Below are positions 59,190 to 64,000 of a stretch of DNA of 64,000 bases, in pieces. This stretch comes from Phyllobates terribilis (lineage: Eukaryota): the NCBI RefSeq assembly GCF_046119375.1, contig NW_027362762.1, positions 357,616,001 to 357,680,000 of the forward strand, read 5' to 3'. The position numbers and the translations under genes are program-made. Position 1 is the first letter of the stretch; each line of letters opens with the position of its first letter. The notes under the pieces were generated by a model that was not told the DNA's origin, made no database searches, and saw only the letters and a list, made by a program, of their open reading frames with translations.

Positions 59190-61765
59190 TTCTGCTGCTG
59201 TCATCCAGTGGGGTTGAGAAGTCTGGGCCAATCCAGGACTTGTTCATTTTGATAAGAGTCAGCCTGTCAAGCATTTTCTGTTGACAGGCGGATGTGCCTA
59301 TCAGTTATTATTCCCCTGAAGGCACTAAAAATCTGCTCTGACAAAACTCTAGGGCAGTCCAGCACCTCCAAGAAGTAGAGGGACAGATCATGCCACGTGT
59401 CCAGCTTGGATACCCAACAGTTGTACGACACAGAATGATCATGAAGGACACTGGTATGGTCGGCTACGTACTCCTTCACCATGTTCCAAAACTTTATCTT
59501 ACTTGTCAGACCACCCCGCACATCAGCGCCAGGGCGCTGTGAGGGTCTAATGAAACTGTCCCAGACCTTTGATAGAGTTCCCCTGCCTCTGTTGGATCTG
59601 ATGTGTGTCTCCATTGTCTCTAATCCTTGGTTGCCCAAGGAGCTATGACCTCAGCAGCCAGCATTGTCAGATGTGAATTTTTGTACATAAAATCAGCCAT
59701 GTGTGCCAGATTTCCAACAGGCAAGACTTCTATATCCCCACCAGGAGGATAACTCTCCATCACCTCCTCTTCCCTCTCCATTTCTTCCTCCTCTGCAGCC
59801 CATGCACGCTGAACAGATGGGATTAAGCTGGTGTGGGTAGTACCCTCTGTAGCGCAGGCAACCATCTCCTGTTCCTCCTCCTCCTCAGCCTCCTCCTCAT
59901 TATCACCCAATCCACGCTGAGAAAATTAGATGAGGCTGGGCTGGGTAGTATCACCCTGTGTACTTTCCTCCTCCTTCTCCATCTGGTCCACATGCAAAGC
60001 TTCCTCTTTAATCGTAAGCAGCAAGTGTTTGAGTAGACACAAAAGCGGTATGGTTACGTTGATTATGGCTTCATCGCCACTCACCACCTTGGTTGATTCC
60101 TAAAAGTTTTGTAGAACCTCATAGATGTCAGATATCCATGCCCACTCGTCGATTGTTAAGTGCGGAGGCTGACCGGAATACTGACGGGCATGTTGTAGCT
60201 GGTATTCATCTACTGCCCTTTGCTGCTCACACAGACTTGCCAACATATGTATTGTGGAGTTCCAGTGCGTGGTCATGTCGCACACCAGTCAGTGAGCTGG
60301 CACTTGCCAGCGCTGCTGCAGCACTGCCAGTCCATGGCAGTTGTACCTGACTTGTGGAAATTAGCGCATATGAGGCATACTTCACAAGTAGCTTCGGCAT
60401 AGCTGTGTAGGTTTTCAGAAACCGCTGAACTATTAAGTTGAGCACGTGGGCCAAGCATGGAACTTGTGTGAGCTTGCCAAGCTTCAGAGCCACCACCAGA
60501 TTACGGCCATTATCACACATGACCATGCCTTGTTGTAGGTTCAGCAGAGAGAGCCACAGATCTGTCTTGTCTGTTATACCTTTCCAAAACTCTGTGGCGG
60601 TATGCCATTTGTTACCTAAACAAATTAGTTTCAGCAGAAACTGTTGTCGCTTCACCGAGGCAGTGCTGCAGAGCTTCCAGCTTGCGATTGATATGGACAA
60701 CATGCTCTGAGATGACAATTCGGAGATGAGGAGGAGAAGGGGGTGCAGGAACTGATATAAGAGGTGGCGGAAACCCTGATAGAACTAGGACCCGCAATCC
60801 TTTGCGTCGGTAGCATGTGTGCCGTACCAGGGTCCAACTCGGTCCCGGCCTCCACAAGGTTCACCCAGTGTACCATCAGGGAAAAGTAGCATCCTGGGTC
60901 ACAAGTACTTGTCAACGTGTCAGTCGTTAAGAGGACCTTCCCAATAACTGCGTTGGTCAGGGCATGGGTGATGTTATGGGAAACATGCTGGTGTAAGTCG
61001 GAGATGACACACCGGGAAAAATAGCAACTGCTGGGAACGGAGTATTGAGGGACAGTCACTGCCATGAAGTTGCGGACAGATTCAGTGTCCACAAGGTTAA
61101 ACAGCAACATTTCCAGGGCAAGCAGTCTGGAAATGTGCCTGTTTAGTGTTTGGGCCTGTGGGTGGCTGGGTATTTTCATTTGCATTCCAATGCCTTGCAT
61201 AGGGAGTGCTGAACCATGCACTGGGATAAAGAATTGGACATGGTTGCTGATGGTGCTTGTGAATGTGCAACGACAGGTACAGGGCTGGAGGCAACTGCTC
61301 TTGCATCGTGGAAAGGGGATTGGCAAGCACGTAGCATAGGGGAAGAGGCAGTAGTGTCACCCGCAGACACTGATTGTGGACCCAGGCATTCGGCCCACCT
61401 TGTCAGGTACTTTGATGACATTTGCTTAAGCATGATGGTGGTGATCAGGCTAATAGTGGTCAGGCCTCTGCTGATCTTGGTACAGCACAGGTTGCAAATG
61501 ACCATTCTTTTATCATCCGCACTTTCTTTAAAAAAGTGGCAGACTGGGGAACACCTAACCCTTGACTTCATGCATGTGGGTGCTCTTGGGAACAGTTTCC
61601 CGCTTTATCCATCTGGCCAACCCACTGCCTCTTCCTACCTGTTGCGGTGCTGCAAATCCCTTCCCCTCTGCACTGCTGTCCTCGCTCTTTATGGCACCTT
61701 CCCAGCTTGGGTCAGTGACTTCATCGTGTTCCACTTCTGCACTCTGGTTCTCCTGACGTGTTGAC
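59190..61765 (-). pseudogene. Older, heavily degraded hAT transposase of a related family
   Basis: Fragments VCHFFKESADDKRMVICNLCC (BED), LLALEMLLFNLVDTE, TTDTLTS, CDNGRNLV..PCLAHVLNL, THWNSTIHML, VLSEQIFSA..RLSTENA and DRLTLIKMNKSWI. Confidence 0.9.
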
Positions 61766-62120
61766 TAGTGATGAGCGAACGTGCTCGCCACTGCTCGGTA
61801 CTTGCACGAGCATCACTGTGCTCGACAAGCTCGGCGAGTATTTTCGGGTTGCTCGGCCAGGAACTCGGGTCCCCGCCCTGCATGTTTGGCGCTCTTTAGA
61901 GAGCCAATGAACATGCAGGGATTGCTTGCCATGCACTATAATGCCATAGCCATGTTGGTTGTGGGCATTGCAGTGATTGGCTGGCTGCACAGCATCATCA
62001 GGTCTATATAAGACCTGCCGCAGATATGCTCGCCACAGTTTACCGGATATAGGCAGAGTAGGGAGAGCTGCTGCTGAGTCAGGGAGAGATTTGCTTGTTT
62101 ATAACTAGTAAAAGTATTCC

Positions 62121-62125
<5 letters not shown>

Positions 62126-62192
<67 letters not shown>
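62126..62192. repeat. (AT)n microsatellite, split by the Tc1 insertion (resumes 63770..63810)
   Basis: Pure TA run on both sides of the element. Confidence 0.95.
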
Positions 62193-63769
<1,577 letters not shown>

Positions 63770-63773
63770 TATA

Positions 63774-63812
<39 letters not shown>

Positions 63813-64000
63813 ATCTGAACTAACAGTCCTTCTGAGGACTAATCCAGCTGCATATATTCAGTGGTGATAGCAGGAGTTTGCCACATACACTGCCTGCCTG
63901 ACTGCAGTGCGTATAGTGCAAGAGGGTCCATAGCACGTTCCTGCTGCTGCTGTTCTTACAGATATTTGTAGACCTAGCCCCAGGTATCAGGGGCCAGGGC

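Overview
Vertebrate, very probably anuran (frog), genomic DNA made almost entirely of transposable elements. The host assignment is inferred from the TE families and an amphibian-like 18S fragment; no host protein-coding gene was recognised. The dominant structure is a ~9.5-10.5 kb composite hAT DNA transposon present three times: <1..10488 (+), 20198..29900 (-) and 34544..44016 (+). The two complete copies have their own perfect 8-bp target-site duplications (ATGGCTAC and CTTGCTAA). Each copy encodes a very long BED-finger hAT transposase (a 1226-aa uninterrupted ORF in copy 3) and carries the same nested cargo: a 108-110 bp VNTR, a second diverged transposase remnant, a dead Tc1 with a 35-bp micro-inversion, an L1 RT fragment split by a Gypsy solo LTR (4-bp TSD GTTC), and a decayed antisense fragment of 18S rRNA (deleted further in copy 2). 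The rest of the window holds several Tc1/mariner elements (a DD41D element and an intact DD34E Tc1 at 62193..63769), a Gmr1-type LTR retrotransposon (SCAN-gag, PR-IN-RT-RH order, tRNA-Ala PBS), piggyBac, L2, SINE, Penelope-like, MITE and solo-LTR remnants, an older decayed hAT, and a 142-N assembly gap (19412..19553).
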